A stretch of 64,000 bases of DNA, from NCBI GenBank assembly GCA_963796685.1, contig CAWCMR010000025.1, forward strand, positions 448,001 through 512,000. Direction: 5' to 3'. The notes under the pieces are model-generated. The model was not told where the DNA came from, did not search any database, and saw nothing but the letters and a program-made list of their open reading frames with translations. This DNA is from an uncultured delta proteobacterium (GTDB lineage Bacteria > Myxococcota_A > Polyangia > Fen-1088). A program made the position numbers and the translations under genes. Position 1 is the first letter of the stretch. The number at the start of each line of letters is the position of its first letter. Positions 22,829 through 38,200 of the stretch are shown in pieces.

Positions 22829-22835
22829 CAGGACG

Positions 22836-22910
22836 CCTTTCCACGACGGATACACGCCCCCAATCGGGAGCGATGACGGGTGGTCGTTGCGACTATCGCG
22901 GGATGATGGC
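22836..22910 (+). repeat. Dispersed element, shortened copy 3
   Basis: CCTTTCCACGACGGA...CCCAATCGG..AGCGATGACGGGT..CTATCGCGGGATGATGGC closely matches copy 2; 5' part and central hairpin are absent. Confidence 0.82.
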
Positions 22911-23012
22911 CTTCGCTTCAGTGACTAGATCCCGGCGTTAGCGGTTCCCGCGTGATAAAGTAAAGACAACCCACCCGGGTATGTCGTCGGCACCACGCCG
23001 TCAAGGAGACTG

Positions 23013-25109
<2,097 letters not shown>

Positions 25110-25122
25110 CCCGAGAAACCTC

Positions 25123-26232
<1,110 letters not shown>

Positions 26233-26244
26233 GAAGGAACCGTC

Positions 26245-27735
26245 GTGCCGCACCGGAAGTCGCAACTGCCCGAATCGCTGCTCGACATCCAGCACGCCAT
26301 CGAAGAGCACGCGCGCGGCTACGGCCTCGATTTTTGGGAGACCAGCTTCGCGGTTCTCGACTACAAGCGCATGCAAGAGGTGGCGGCGTTCGGCGGCTTT
26401 CCCGTGCGCTACCCGCACTGGCGCTTCGGCATGGAGTTCGATCACCTGAGCAAGAGCCACATCTACGGCCTCTCGCAGATTTACGAGATGGTGATCAACA
26501 ACAACCCGGCCTACGCCTACCTGCTCGAAGGCAATTCCATGGTCGACCAGAAGATGGTCATGGCCCACGTGCTCGGCCACGTCGACTTCTTCAAGAACAA
26601 CTACTACTTCTCCAAGACCAATCGCAAGATGATGGACAACATGGCCAACCACGCCACGCGCGTGCGACGGCACATCGAGCGGTTCGGTCTCGACAAGGTG
26701 GAAGGCTTCATCGATGTCTGTTTGTCCATCGACAACCTCATCGACCCCATGTCGCCCTTCATCGTGCGCCACGAGACGCAGCACCCCGAGGAAGACGAGC
26801 CGCCACCCGTCGAAGTGCCGCGGCTGCGCGCCAAGTCCTATATGGACAAGTTCATCAACCCGCCCGCGTACATGGACGAACGCCGGCGCAAGCTGCAGGA
26901 GGAGCGCGAGAAGCCCAAGCGCAACCCGCCCGAGCCCGAGCGCGACGTGCTGTTGTTCCTGTTGCAGAACGCGCCGCTCGAAGCCTGGGAGCGCGACGTG
27001 CTCGAAATCGTGCGCGACGAGGCCTACTACTTTGCGCCCCAGCGCCAGACCAAGATCTTGAACGAAGGCTGGGCCTCCTACTGGCACAGCAAACTGATGA
27101 CCCAGAAGATCCTGGACGCCTCCGAGCTCGTCGACTACGCCGATCACAACGCCGCCGTGCTCGCGGCCGCGCCCGGCCAGTTCAATCCCTACAAAGTCGG
27201 CATCAGCTTGCTTCGCTACGTGGAGGAGCGCTGGGACAAGGGCCGCTTCGGCAAGGACTGGAGCGAGTGCGACGACTACGACGCGCGCCACGCCTGGGAC
27301 AAGCAGCTCGGTCTGGGACGGCAGAAGATCTTCGAGGTGCGCAGGCTGTACAACGACCTGACCTTCATCGACGAATTCTTCACCGAGGACTTCTGCTACG
27401 AAAACCAGTTCTTCTCGTTCGCGCGCAATGCCAGCTCGGGCAACTACGAAATCGACGCGCGCGAATTCAAGAAGGTCAAGAGCAAGCTCCTCTACCAGCT
27501 CACCAATTTCGGCGAGCCGTTCATCCTCGTCGAGGACAGCAACCACGACAACCGCGGCGAGCTCCTCCTGCACCATCGCCACGAAGGCGTGGATCTGCAC
27601 CTCGACCACAGCCGCGCCACCATGGCGGCGCTGCACCGCATATGGCACCGGCCGATTTGCCTGCAGACCGTCATCGAGGGAAAACCCCGCCAGCTTCGCT
27701 TCGACGGCACCGACCACACCGAGCGAGCACTGTAG
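26245..27735 (+). CDS. spoVR: SpoVR/YcgB family protein
   Basis: [49 protein letters not shown]. Confidence 0.93.
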   Translation: MPHRKSQLPESLLDIQHAIEEHARGYGLDFWETSFAVLDYKRMQEVAAFGGFPVRYPHWRFGMEFDHLSKSHIYGLSQIYEMVINNNPAYAYLLEGNSMVDQKMVMAHVLGHVDFFKNNYYFSKTNRKMMDNMANHATRVRRHIERFGLDKVEGFIDVCLSIDNLIDPMSPFIVRHETQHPEEDEPPPVEVPRLRAKSYMDKFINPPAYMDERRRKLQEEREKPKRNPPEPERDVLLFLLQNAPLEAWERDVLEIVRDEAYYFAPQRQTKILNEGWASYWHSKLMTQKILDASELVDYADHNAAVLAAAPGQFNPYKVGISLLRYVEERWDKGRFGKDWSECDDYDARHAWDKQLGLGRQKIFEVRRLYNDLTFIDEFFTEDFCYENQFFSFARNASSGNYEIDAREFKKVKSKLLYQLTNFGEPFILVEDSNHDNRGELLLHHRHEGVDLHLDHSRATMAALHRIWHRPICLQTVIEGKPRQLRFDGTDHTERAL

Positions 27736-27747
27736 CAGCAACGCAGG

Positions 27748-28263
27748 CTACGGGCGGCGGGCGATCTGCAAGGCATCTTTCGGGATCTCGTCGATCCAGC
27801 CGGCCTTGGAATCGGGAAAGGCGTCGGCGTAGGGGATGTAGGGCTTCACGTCCAGAATGGGCGTGCCGTCGATCAAGTCGATGCCCCGCACGTGCAGGTT
27901 GCAGCCCTCGATGCGCAGCAAGCGGACCGCGGACAGGCCAAGGGGATTGGGCCTGTCGGGCGAACGCGTGGCGAACAGGCTCCGCCGCTCGCGGGTGCCG
28001 CGCGGCGGCCGCACCATGGGCGCCCAGGTGCCGCCGCGATGAAGCCAGCTCAGGATCCAGATGCGTTCCACGCCCACGAGATCCGCGAACGCGCCCGCGG
28101 GCATTCGTTCCGCGTCCATCTCCAGCACCGCCTCGGCGTCCGAATCCACCGCCGTCGCCTGTTGGGGGGTGCCGAAACGCCGATGGTACGGCGACGAGAC
28201 CCAGCCGATGGGCGTCAGCGAAAATGGGCCGTTTGGTCGTTCGCACTTGGAAGACGCAGACAT
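27748..28263 (-). CDS. tsaA: tRNA m6t6A37 methyltransferase TrmO/TsaA
   Basis: PIG, FATRSPDRPNPLGLS, DLIDGTPILDVKPY. Confidence 0.9.
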   Translation of the reverse strand: MSASSKCERPNGPFSLTPIGWVSSPYHRRFGTPQQATAVDSDAEAVLEMDAERMPAGAFADLVGVERIWILSWLHRGGTWAPMVRPPRGTRERRSLFATRSPDRPNPLGLSAVRLLRIEGCNLHVRGIDLIDGTPILDVKPYIPYADAFPDSKAGWIDEIPKDALQIARRP

Positions 28264-28480
28264 GGGTGGACTCTATCGGCGCGGCCCGGCGGTGCCAATC
28301 GCCACGTGCCCGCACCCGGGCCAGGTTGAGCAAAATGACTTTCACACCATGGCGCTCGAATTGACGGCGATCACAGCCGCAGCCTGGACATGACGTGCCG
28401 AATGATTGCGCGAGAAGAGGGCTTCATCTTCGTGCGGTCGGAGGTATGTTTGTCTTCTTCGATCACACGAGGGGGGGAAG

Positions 28481-29167
28481 ATGGCCATTTTTTCCAAGAA
28501 GAACAGCGCGAAGCGGTCCGAGGATCAAGCCAAGGTGATTCTCGACGAGTCATTGGAAGGAAAGCCGGTGGAGAGCCCAGCCGGCAAGGAGTCGGCTGTC
28601 ACGGAGACCGCCGGGGCCCCGGCCGAGCAACCGGAGACCGCCTCATCTCCCGGCGCCGAGCCCGTGGCGACCGAGCCGGAGGCGAGCACGACAGCGAACG
28701 GCGAGGCCGAGCGCGCCAAGGCCGATCATCAGGATGACGTCGAGCCAGAGGCCATCGAAACGCCGGCGGTCGTCCCCATCGAACGTCGCTTCGGCATCGA
28801 CGACGCCATTCAACTGATGCGCTCGCTGCCGGCCGATCCGAATTCGGCCCTGGTGGTGCGCGTGGTGCGCGTCACCCTGGGGGCGGTCAACGTCAGCGTC
28901 GAGGAAATCGTCGAGGATGCGACTCGCAAGGAGACGCGGATCAAGGAGAGCATCTCGGGGCTCGAGGCGAAGATCGTCGAGCTCGAGGGGCAGCTCGGGG
29001 CCTTGCGCCGCGAGATCGCGGCCCACCAAGCCGATCTCAAGGAAACCGTCAACGTGCGCGAGCGGCTGCACCTGGCCGATCAGTACCCGGGACCCAAACC
29101 ACCGCCTACCCCCATCTCGGCGACGCTGGCGCGCCTGACCCCTTCCAAGCCCATCTCGTCGAGCTAG
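28481..29167 (+). CDS. Hypothetical protein (acidic disordered N-terminus, coiled-coil C-terminus)
   Basis: G-rich RBS before ATG 28481; FGIDDAIQLMRSLP followed by a heptad-like helix. Confidence 0.7.
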   Translation: MAIFSKKNSAKRSEDQAKVILDESLEGKPVESPAGKESAVTETAGAPAEQPETASSPGAEPVATEPEASTTANGEAERAKADHQDDVEPEAIETPAVVPIERRFGIDDAIQLMRSLPADPNSALVVRVVRVTLGAVNVSVEEIVEDATRKETRIKESISGLEAKIVELEGQLGALRREIAAHQADLKETVNVRERLHLADQYPGPKPPPTPISATLARLTPSKPISSS

Positions 29168-29212
29168 TAGCCCACTCTAGACCTGCTCGCAATCCTGGGC
29201 CAAGATGCGCCC

Positions 29213-29593
29213 GTGACCAAGGACGAAGCCCTCAAAGCTCTTGAAGATGCCGAGGTGATTCCCTGCGTCTCGGCCGGAATCGCCGATGCCAAGGAAGTTC
29301 TCGAAGCCTGCCTGGCGGCGAACATTCCCGCGGTGCTCGATCGCCAGGATTCGTGCGGCGACCACGGCGGATCCTGTTCGGCGCGCATCGACCTGTGCGT
29401 GCGGCCCGACGACCTGCCCAAGGTCATGGCTATGATGCACGCGCGCTGGCAGAACCTGCTCGATCAGGAGGGTACCCTGCCCGACCGCGGAGGCGCCTGC
29501 GCGGACAGCGACGAGCCGCCCTGTCCCGCCTGCGGCCTCGCCGCGCCCCTGGTCGATGGCGCCTGTCGCGAATGCGGCCTTCAGCTTGAATAG
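29213..29593 (+). CDS. Small protein with C-terminal zinc ribbon
   Basis: CPACG...CRECG. Confidence 0.7.
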   Translation: MTKDEALKALEDAEVIPCVSAGIADAKEVLEACLAANIPAVLDRQDSCGDHGGSCSARIDLCVRPDDLPKVMAMMHARWQNLLDQEGTLPDRGGACADSDEPPCPACGLAAPLVDGACRECGLQLE

Positions 29594-29628
29594 GTTCTTG
29601 CGGCGCTCCGGCGTAGAATAGGCGTCCC

Positions 29629-30210
29629 ATGCCCACCGATGACCTAGCGCCCGGGATGCTCCTGGCGGCACCCAGCCTGCGCGATCCCAACTTCATGCAC
29701 AGCGTGGTCCTGCTCGGACGCTCGGGCGACGACGGAGCGCTGGGCTGGGTCGTGAACGGCCGCGAGCTGATGTCGGTGAGCGAGCTTTTGACCTCCTCGG
29801 AGTTGATTCCGCCGGGAACCACGGTGCCCGACTCGCCGGCCTTCGCCTCGGCCGTTCGCCTGGGTGGTCCGGTGGCGCCCGCGGCGGGCTGGCTGCTCTA
29901 CCGCCGTCAGCCCGACCCCCTGCCAGGGGAGATCACCGTGGGCACGGAAATCGGCGTGACGGGAGAAATGGCCGCCTTCAGCGCGCTCATGGAAGGCCGG
30001 GGGCCGACGGACTTCCGCATGTTGCTTGGTTGCGCCGGTTGGGCACCAGGCCAGCTCGAGGCCGAGATCAGCGCAGGGGCCTGGCTTCCGGCGCCCGTCG
30101 AGGCCGGGCTGGTGATGGATTCCCAAGCCGCCTTTGTCTGGGACGAGGCCTATCACCTGACCGTGGGTACCGAGCCAGCGGCGTTCTCGCGTCACCGCGG
30201 CAAGGCATAG
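29629..30210 (+). CDS. YqgE/AlgH (DUF179) family protein
   Basis: LLAAPSLRDPNF..SVVLL, GGPV, GCAGWAPGQLEAEI..GAW. Confidence 0.9.
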   Translation: MPTDDLAPGMLLAAPSLRDPNFMHSVVLLGRSGDDGALGWVVNGRELMSVSELLTSSELIPPGTTVPDSPAFASAVRLGGPVAPAAGWLLYRRQPDPLPGEITVGTEIGVTGEMAAFSALMEGRGPTDFRMLLGCAGWAPGQLEAEISAGAWLPAPVEAGLVMDSQAAFVWDEAYHLTVGTEPAAFSRHRGKA

Positions 30211-30241
30211 GGGTGGCCCCAGGCCGCCTTCGCCTTCACCT

Positions 30242-30517
30242 CTACTTAACCTCGATGCGGCCCGTGCCGTGGCAGGCGACACATCGCGCGGACCGTCCGG
30301 CTGGACAGGTCGCGTCCGTGACCCACAGCTCGCCGGTGCCGGCGCAAGCAAAACAGCGCAGGCGCAAGAGCGGCTGCGGCGCAGGCTCGTATTCGATGCC
30401 ATGGTCGGCCTTGCCGGCCGGCTGGTCATCATCGTCCGATTCGGTCTCCCGGGCTCGCAGAAGGACTGGCATGCATGCCTTCTCGGCCATGGCGCCGCCG
30501 AAGTTGCGAGCGGACAT
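30242..30517 (-). CDS. Possible small protein with two CxxCxGxG motifs
   Basis: CFACAGTG and CVACHGTG; start uncertain. Confidence 0.45.
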   Translation of the reverse strand: MSARNFGGAMAEKACMPVLLRARETESDDDDQPAGKADHGIEYEPAPQPLLRLRCFACAGTGELWVTDATCPAGRSARCVACHGTGRIEVK

Positions 30518-30637
30518 TCCGTCGGATCGGATCCTGGTAATCCTGGGCGGCCATTCGGCCGGAGGTGCGCTGTATCGGTGCCGGCGGGTTCATGATACAT
30601 TTTTCACTGGGCGTATGAGTCCCTTCGGTCAAGGCAC

Positions 30638-32483
<1,846 letters not shown>

Positions 32484-32498
32484 CGCAGCGAGGTTGAC

Positions 32499-33368
32499 GT
32501 GCCGAAGGACGTAGCGCTGGAGATTCGACAGCTGGTCCAGCGTGGTTTCGACCACCACGAGCACGAGCGGGTCCACGACGCCTTGTCGGACTGGGAGACC
32601 GCCCTGCGCCTGGATGCGCGCAACGCGCAGGTCAAGCGGCTGGTCGAGTTCGCACGCCAACGCGTGATCGAGCTCGAAGCCGGGCAACACCCATCGCCGT
32701 CGCGGCGGGACACCGTCGAGTCGCCCATCCCGCAGTTCCTGGCCGCCCTGACCGAGCGCAAGTCGGACAAGGTCTCGGTTCCCGCCAGTCCCTTGCAAGA
32801 CGGCCCCACGGCCAAGAACGCGGTCGGCAATCGCGAGACCCCGGAGAACGATTGGAGCCTCCTGGGCGTGACGGGCGGCGAGGTGACGAGGAACGTGGCG
32901 GGCCCTGGCGCCGACGACAGGACAGCGTCGGATACCCTCGAGGACTTGCCGGTGGACGCCGCGGATATCCGAGCCAGCGCGAACGAGCTCCTCGGCGAGT
33001 GTCGGGCGGCCCTCAACGAGAATCGCGCCGGTCCGGCCTCCTTGGCTGCAGAAATGGCCTTGCAGCTTGCCGAACGCGCCCCGCCGCCGGGCGTGGACGA
33101 GCTCATCGAGCCATCCATGGCACTGTTCGAGCGAGCCTTCCGCGCCTTCATGGGCAACCCCCACGCGTGTCCGATCCGCGCCATTGCCACCGAAACCATC
33201 TCCGACCATGGGCTCGACCAGCGCGCCGCCTTCCTGATGTCGCGCATGGATGGCATGACCAGCATGGCCGACCTGATCGACAGCTCCGGCATGCCGCGCT
33301 TCGATGCCGTACGCCTGATGGCTTCCCTGCGCCGGGCCAAGGCCATCGACATCCTGCCGCCTTTGTAA
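32499..33368 (+). CDS. Hypothetical protein (TPR-like N-terminus, winged-HTH-like C-terminus)
   Basis: WETALRLDARN; LDQRAAFLMSRMDG..SMADLIDSSGMPRFDAVR. Confidence 0.7.
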   Translation: MPKDVALEIRQLVQRGFDHHEHERVHDALSDWETALRLDARNAQVKRLVEFARQRVIELEAGQHPSPSRRDTVESPIPQFLAALTERKSDKVSVPASPLQDGPTAKNAVGNRETPENDWSLLGVTGGEVTRNVAGPGADDRTASDTLEDLPVDAADIRASANELLGECRAALNENRAGPASLAAEMALQLAERAPPPGVDELIEPSMALFERAFRAFMGNPHACPIRAIATETISDHGLDQRAAFLMSRMDGMTSMADLIDSSGMPRFDAVRLMASLRRAKAIDILPPL

Positions 33369-33402
33369 TGGGAACCCTGGAAGGTTCCCAAACCCTCCCG
33401 CG

Positions 33403-35477
33403 GTCGAGTAGCCAGGGGAGGTTACCCTCCCCCAGCTCTCACAGAACCGGACTTGTGGGCCTCACATCCGGCTCTTCGGGACGCTGGCGTTCGGGAGCGA
33501 CCCGTAGTCCAGCGCCGGCATTGCTGCCCGCAGCTATCCTGGCTCCAGGGCCGGGTCCATGAAGTCCAAGGCGTGATGGTCCTTCCACCGCTCGGCCAGG
33601 CTGACAAGCCCGCGTTCGGCAAAATATGCGTTGCGCAGTCCTCGTTCAACTACCGATGTGTGGCTCAGCGCCCACCAGGAGCGATGCCCCTTGTAGACCC
33701 CTTGCCACGCGGTTTTCGGTCTCACCCCCAGGCTGATGAGGTGTCGTGCGATGAAGCGTCTGCGTTTCCAGTGCCGTAGCACTATCGCTCGCAGCCGCCG
33801 CCTGATGTGTGCGTCGAGTGCCTGCAGCGTCCGCTCTTCCGCGGCCGTGCAGATACAGAAGAAGCCGATCCATCCGAGCAAATACGCGTTGACCTGTTTG
33901 ATGCAGCCCTTGAGGGACTGCCCAAGGTTTCGCGGCGTCAGCTCTCGGACCTTCTCGTCAATGCGGCTTTTGCTCCGCGCCGACAGCAGCACCTCCGCTT
34001 CCCCCGTCAGCGGCTCGCGCCGCAGCCGGAATCCCAGAAAGTGCCGCTCTTCCGGTCGGGCCACCGCGCTCTTGGCCAAGTTCACCTTCAACCGCATCCG
34101 GCCTTCGATGAACTTGACCACGCTGGCCATCACACGCTGACCCGAGCGCTCGCTTCCGACGTAGATGTTGCAGTCGTCCGCATAGCGCACGAAGCGGTGA
34201 CCGCGTTGGGCAAGCTCGCGGTCGAGCTCGTCCAGCACGATATTGCTCAGTAACGGCGAAAGCGGACCACCTTGTGGCACTCCTTCTTCCGTCGCCACCA
34301 CCACTCCGTCGGGCATCACCACCTTGGCTTTCAGCATCTGCCAGATGAGCTCGATGAGCCGCCGGTCCTTAACCCTCTGTTCTAGCCGCGCCACCAGCCG
34401 TTGCCAGTGGACCCAGTCAAAGAACTTTTCCAGGTCGAGGTCGACCACCCATTCGTACCCTTCCTCCAGATACTGCTTGGCCTCGGCGATGGCCGTGTGA
34501 CAGCTGCGCCCAGGTCGGAAACCGTGGCTCGACGGGTGAAACGTCGGCTCATAATGCGGACCGAGCACTTGGTGCACGGCCTGCTGAACCACGCGGTCCA
34601 CCACGTTCGGTATGCCAAGGCCCCGCCGCCCGCCACCGCTCTTCGGTATCCATACCCGCCGGATGTCTCCGACTCGGTATGTCCCGTCGAGCAGCGACCG
34701 CGACAGCGCCGGTATCAGCGTCCCCAACCCCTTCGCCACTTCCCCCACGCTTTGCCGGTCCGGTCCAGGTGCGCCTTTGTTGGCCTTCACTTGCTCGAAC
34801 GCTCTTTTCAGGTTTCCTTCGCTCGCTACCTCCTCCATCGTCATGGGCGGCAAGGTCCTCTCTTCCTCGTTCCCCGACTTCGGCACCTCGCTCCGCGCAG
34901 GCACGGGTTGGCCCGGATCCGCTTGGGCGGTGGACCCTTTCGGGTTGTCGGCTGTCTCGGGAAACAGTCCGAGCTGCCTTGCCTCTTTGCTGGCCGTGGT
35001 CGCCTTCCCTCCCCGCCTTCTGGCGGTTGGAACCGGCTTTCGCCGGCCTTCCGGTATTACGCGACCATCCGACTCCTCTTGTCCCTTCTTCATCTCGTCC
35101 TTTCGTTCTCGATGAATTCCGCTTGCGATTCCTCGCCGCGGAGGCCAAGAGGTCTCTCCGGGTAAGAACGCAGAACTTCGCACCGACTCCGTCGCCACTA
35201 CGCGGGCCGCCCGACGAATATTGGGCTTTGCCGCCGAAGGCCAGCTTGCCCAGCGGTACCCACGCCTTACGGCGCTTCACTTTCGTTCGGTTCGGCGCTG
35301 CACCATAGACTTCCACCAGACACCTCCTCGCGGGAGACGGGCCTTGCGGCCCGTCTGGCCTGGTGCTCCAGACCGGCGCCCTTGTCTCGTAGGTGGGAGG
35401 TTCCCTCCGTCAGGGTCCCCAGAGGACTTGGCTATTTCATGGCTTCACCTCTTGTTCTGCGTCCATGCCGGACGCAC
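33403..35477 (-). mobile_element. Group II intron, class IIC-like, copy 1
   Basis: 5' GTGCGTCCGGCATGG at 35477; domain V GAGCCGGATGTG...GTCCGGTTC (33474-33444); domain VI ending CTACTCGAC at 33403; boundaries confirmed by comparison with copy 2. Confidence 0.93.
33534..35093 (-). CDS. ltrA: Group II intron reverse transcriptase/maturase, no endonuclease domain
   Basis: RBS AAAGGA before ATG 35093; NKGAPGPD, LGIP..DR, SHGFRP, DLEKFFD, GVPQGGPLSPLL, RYADD, FLGF. Confidence 0.95.
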   Translation of the reverse strand: MKKGQEESDGRVIPEGRRKPVPTARRRGGKATTASKEARQLGLFPETADNPKGSTAQADPGQPVPARSEVPKSGNEEERTLPPMTMEEVASEGNLKRAFEQVKANKGAPGPDRQSVGEVAKGLGTLIPALSRSLLDGTYRVGDIRRVWIPKSGGGRRGLGIPNVVDRVVQQAVHQVLGPHYEPTFHPSSHGFRPGRSCHTAIAEAKQYLEEGYEWVVDLDLEKFFDWVHWQRLVARLEQRVKDRRLIELIWQMLKAKVVMPDGVVVATEEGVPQGGPLSPLLSNIVLDELDRELAQRGHRFVRYADDCNIYVGSERSGQRVMASVVKFIEGRMRLKVNLAKSAVARPEERHFLGFRLRREPLTGEAEVLLSARSKSRIDEKVRELTPRNLGQSLKGCIKQVNAYLLGWIGFFCICTAAEERTLQALDAHIRRRLRAIVLRHWKRRRFIARHLISLGVRPKTAWQGVYKGHRSWWALSHTSVVERGLRNAYFAERGLVSLAERWKDHHALDFMDPALEPG

Positions 35478-35845
35478 CTATGGCTACGCCGGGCAAAGCC
35501 CGGCTTCGCCTACGCGATCATGGGAACCCTGACCTGAAACACCTCGCCCCGCGCAGCGGAGCGAAGCGGGGAGGAGAAGGGTCCCATACCCTCGGCCCCT
35601 ACCCGCCACCCGCCACCCCGCTCGCTTCGCTCGGCCTCGCGCGCTATGGCTTCGCCAGGCGAAGCCGGCCTCCGCCTACGCGGTAATCGGAACCCTGGGA
35701 GGGCAGCCCTTTCAAGGTGCGGGCAGTGGCCGAGAGCCGCGCCTCTCCCCATCGGGGACAGGCCGCCGACGTCCGCGGCGGCGGGTGAGGGGTCCGAGGT
35801 GGGCGTGGCTTCTCTTCCCCTCTCCGGCCGCGCTTCGCGCGTCGG
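35478..35845. repeat. Palindromic REP-like mosaic between the two introns
   Basis: Repeated modules (T)GGGAACCCTG, CTATGGCT.CGCC.GGC.AAGCC.G.CT.CGCCTACGCG (x2), CCCGCTCGCTTCGCTCGGC, TCAAGGTGCGGGCAGT.GCCGAGAGCCGCGCCTCTCCCCATCGGGGACAG. Confidence 0.8.
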
Positions 35846-37921
35846 GTCGAGTAGCCAGGGGAGGTTACCCTCCCCCAGCTCTCACAGAACCGGACTTGTG
35901 GGCCTCACATCCGGCTCTTCGGGACGCTGGCGTTCGGGAGCGACCCGTAGTCCAGCGCCGGCATTGCTGCCCGCAGCTATCCTGGCTCCAGGGCCGGGTC
36001 CATGAAGTCCAAGGCGTGATGGTCCTTCCACCGCTCGGCCAGGCTGACAAGCCCGCGTTCGGCAAAATATGCGTTGCGCAGTCCTCGTTCAACTACCGAT
36101 GTGTGGCTCAGCGCCCACCAGGAGCGATGCCCCTTGTAGACCCCTTGCCACGCGGTTTTCGGTCTCACCCCCAGGCTGATGAGGTGTCGTGCGATGAAGC
36201 GTCTGCGTTTCCAGTGCCGTAGCACTATCGCTCGCAGCCGCCGCCTGATGTGTGCGTCGAGTGCCTGCAGCGTCCGCTCTTCCGCGGCCGTGCAGATACA
36301 GAAGAAGCCGATCCATCCGAGCAAATACGCGTTGACCTGTTTGATGCAGCCCTTGAGGGACTGCCCAAGGTTTCGCGGCGTCAGCTCTCGGACCTTCTCG
36401 TCAATGCGGCTTTTGCTCCGCGCCGACAGCAGCACCTCCGCTTCCCCCGTCAGCGGCTCGCGCCGCAGCCGGAATCCCAGAAAGTGCCGCTCTTCCGGTC
36501 GGGCCACCGCGCTCTTGGCCAAGTTCACCTTCAACCGCATCCGGCCTTCGATGAACTTGACCACGCTGGCCATCACACGCTGACCCGAGCGCTCGCTTCC
36601 GACGTAGATGTTGCAGTCGTCCGCATAGCGCACGAAGCGGTGACCGCGTTGGGCAAGCTCGCGGTCGAGCTCGTCCAGCACGATATTGCTCAGTAACGGC
36701 GAAAGCGGACCACCTTGTGGCACTCCTTCTTCCGTCGCCACCACCACTCCGTCGGGCATCACCACCTTGGCTTTCAGCATCTGCCAGATGAGCTCGATGA
36801 GCCGCCGGTCCTTAACCCTCTGTTCTAGCCGCGCCACCAGCCGTTGCCAGTGGACCCGGTCAAAGAACTTTTCCAGGTCGAGGTCGACCACCCATTCGTA
36901 CCCTTCCTCCAGATACTGCTTGGCCTCGGCGATGGCCGTGTGACAGGCTGCGCCCAGGTCGGAAACCGTGGCTCGACGGGTGAAACGTCGGCTCATAATG
37001 CGGACCGAGCACTTGGTGCACGGCCTGCTGAACCACGCGGTCCACCACGTTCGGTATGCCAAGGCCCCGCCGCCCGCCACCGCTCTTCGGTATCCATACC
37101 CGCCGGATGTCTCCGACTCGGTATGTCCCGTCGAGCAGCGACCGCGACAGCGCCGGTATCAGCGTCCCCAACCCCTTCGCCACTTCCCCCACGCTTTGCC
37201 GGTCCGGTCCAGGTGCGCCTTTGTTGGCCTTCACTTGCTCGAACGCTCTTTTCAGGTTTCCTTCGCTCGCTACCTCCTCCATCGTCATGGGCGGCAAGGT
37301 CCTCTCTTCCTCGTTCCCCGACTTCGGCACCTCGCTCCGCGCAGGCACGGGTTGGCCCGGATCCGCTTGGGCGGTGGTCCCTTTCGGGTTGTCGGCTGTC
37401 TCGGGAAACCGTCCGAGCTGCCTTGCCTCTTTGCTGGCCGTGGTCGCCTTCCCTCCCCGCCTTCTGGCGGTTGGAACCGGCTTTCGCCGGCCTTCCGGTA
37501 TTACGCGACCATCCGACTCCTCTTGTCCCTTCTTCATCTCGTCCTTTCGTTCTCGATGAATTCCGCTTGCGATTCCTCGCCGCGGAGGCCAAGAGGTCTC
37601 TCCGGGTAAGAACGCAGAACTTCGCACCGACTCCGTCGCCACTACGCGGGCCGCCCGACGAATATTGGGCTTTGCCGCCGAAGGCCAGCTTGCCCAGCGG
37701 TACCCACGCCTTACGGCGCTTCACTTTCGTTCGGTTCGGCGCTGCACCATAGACTTCCACCAGACACCTCCTCGCGGGAGACGGGCCTTGCGGCCCGTCT
37801 GGCCTGGTGCTCCAGACCGGCGCCCTTGTCTCGTAGGTGGGAGGTTCCCTCCGTCAGGGTCCCCAGAGGACTTGGCTATTTCATGGCTTCACCTCTTGTT
37901 CTGCGTCCATGCCGGACGCAC
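35846..37921 (-). mobile_element. Group II intron, class IIC-like, copy 2
   Basis: Nearly identical to 33403..35477 (about 3 substitutions and one extra G seen), with different flanks. Confidence 0.93.
35977..37537 (-). CDS. ltrA: Intron RT/maturase copy 2; frameshift at ~36946
   Basis: ACAGGCTG here versus ACAGCTG in copy 1 splits the ORF into 36860..37642 and 35977..37080. Confidence 0.88.
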
Positions 37922-38200
37922 CCTCTCCCCGCGTGCCCGCGGGGCGAGGCGATACGGCCGCTACGCGGCCCCCTACAAAACAGCGGTCGGGCTCAGAGAC
38001 GGGCTCTCAAGGTGCGGGCAGTAGCCGAGAGCCGCGCCTCTCCCCATCGGGGACAGCCACCCGCCTCCCCGCTCGCTTCGCTCGGCGGCGCCCTCTGGCG
38101 AAGCCGCGCGGGTGAGGCGGGGAGGTCGAGGTCCTGAAGCACCGACGAAGTCGGTGGGCATAGCCCGGCTACGTCGCTCCGCGTAGCCCTAATCCCGGCA
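37922..38200. repeat. Continuation of the palindromic REP-like mosaic
   Basis: CCTCTCCCCGCG...CGCGGGGCGAGG hairpin; second copies of the ~50-bp TCAAGGTGCGGG... module (~38007) and of CCCGCTCGCTTCGCTCGGC (~38068). Confidence 0.78.

Noticed and set aside
33534-37537. RT genes as retron, DGR or defence RT
   Set aside because: Flanked by clear group II intron 5' end and domains V/VI; no TR/VR pair or msr-msd evident
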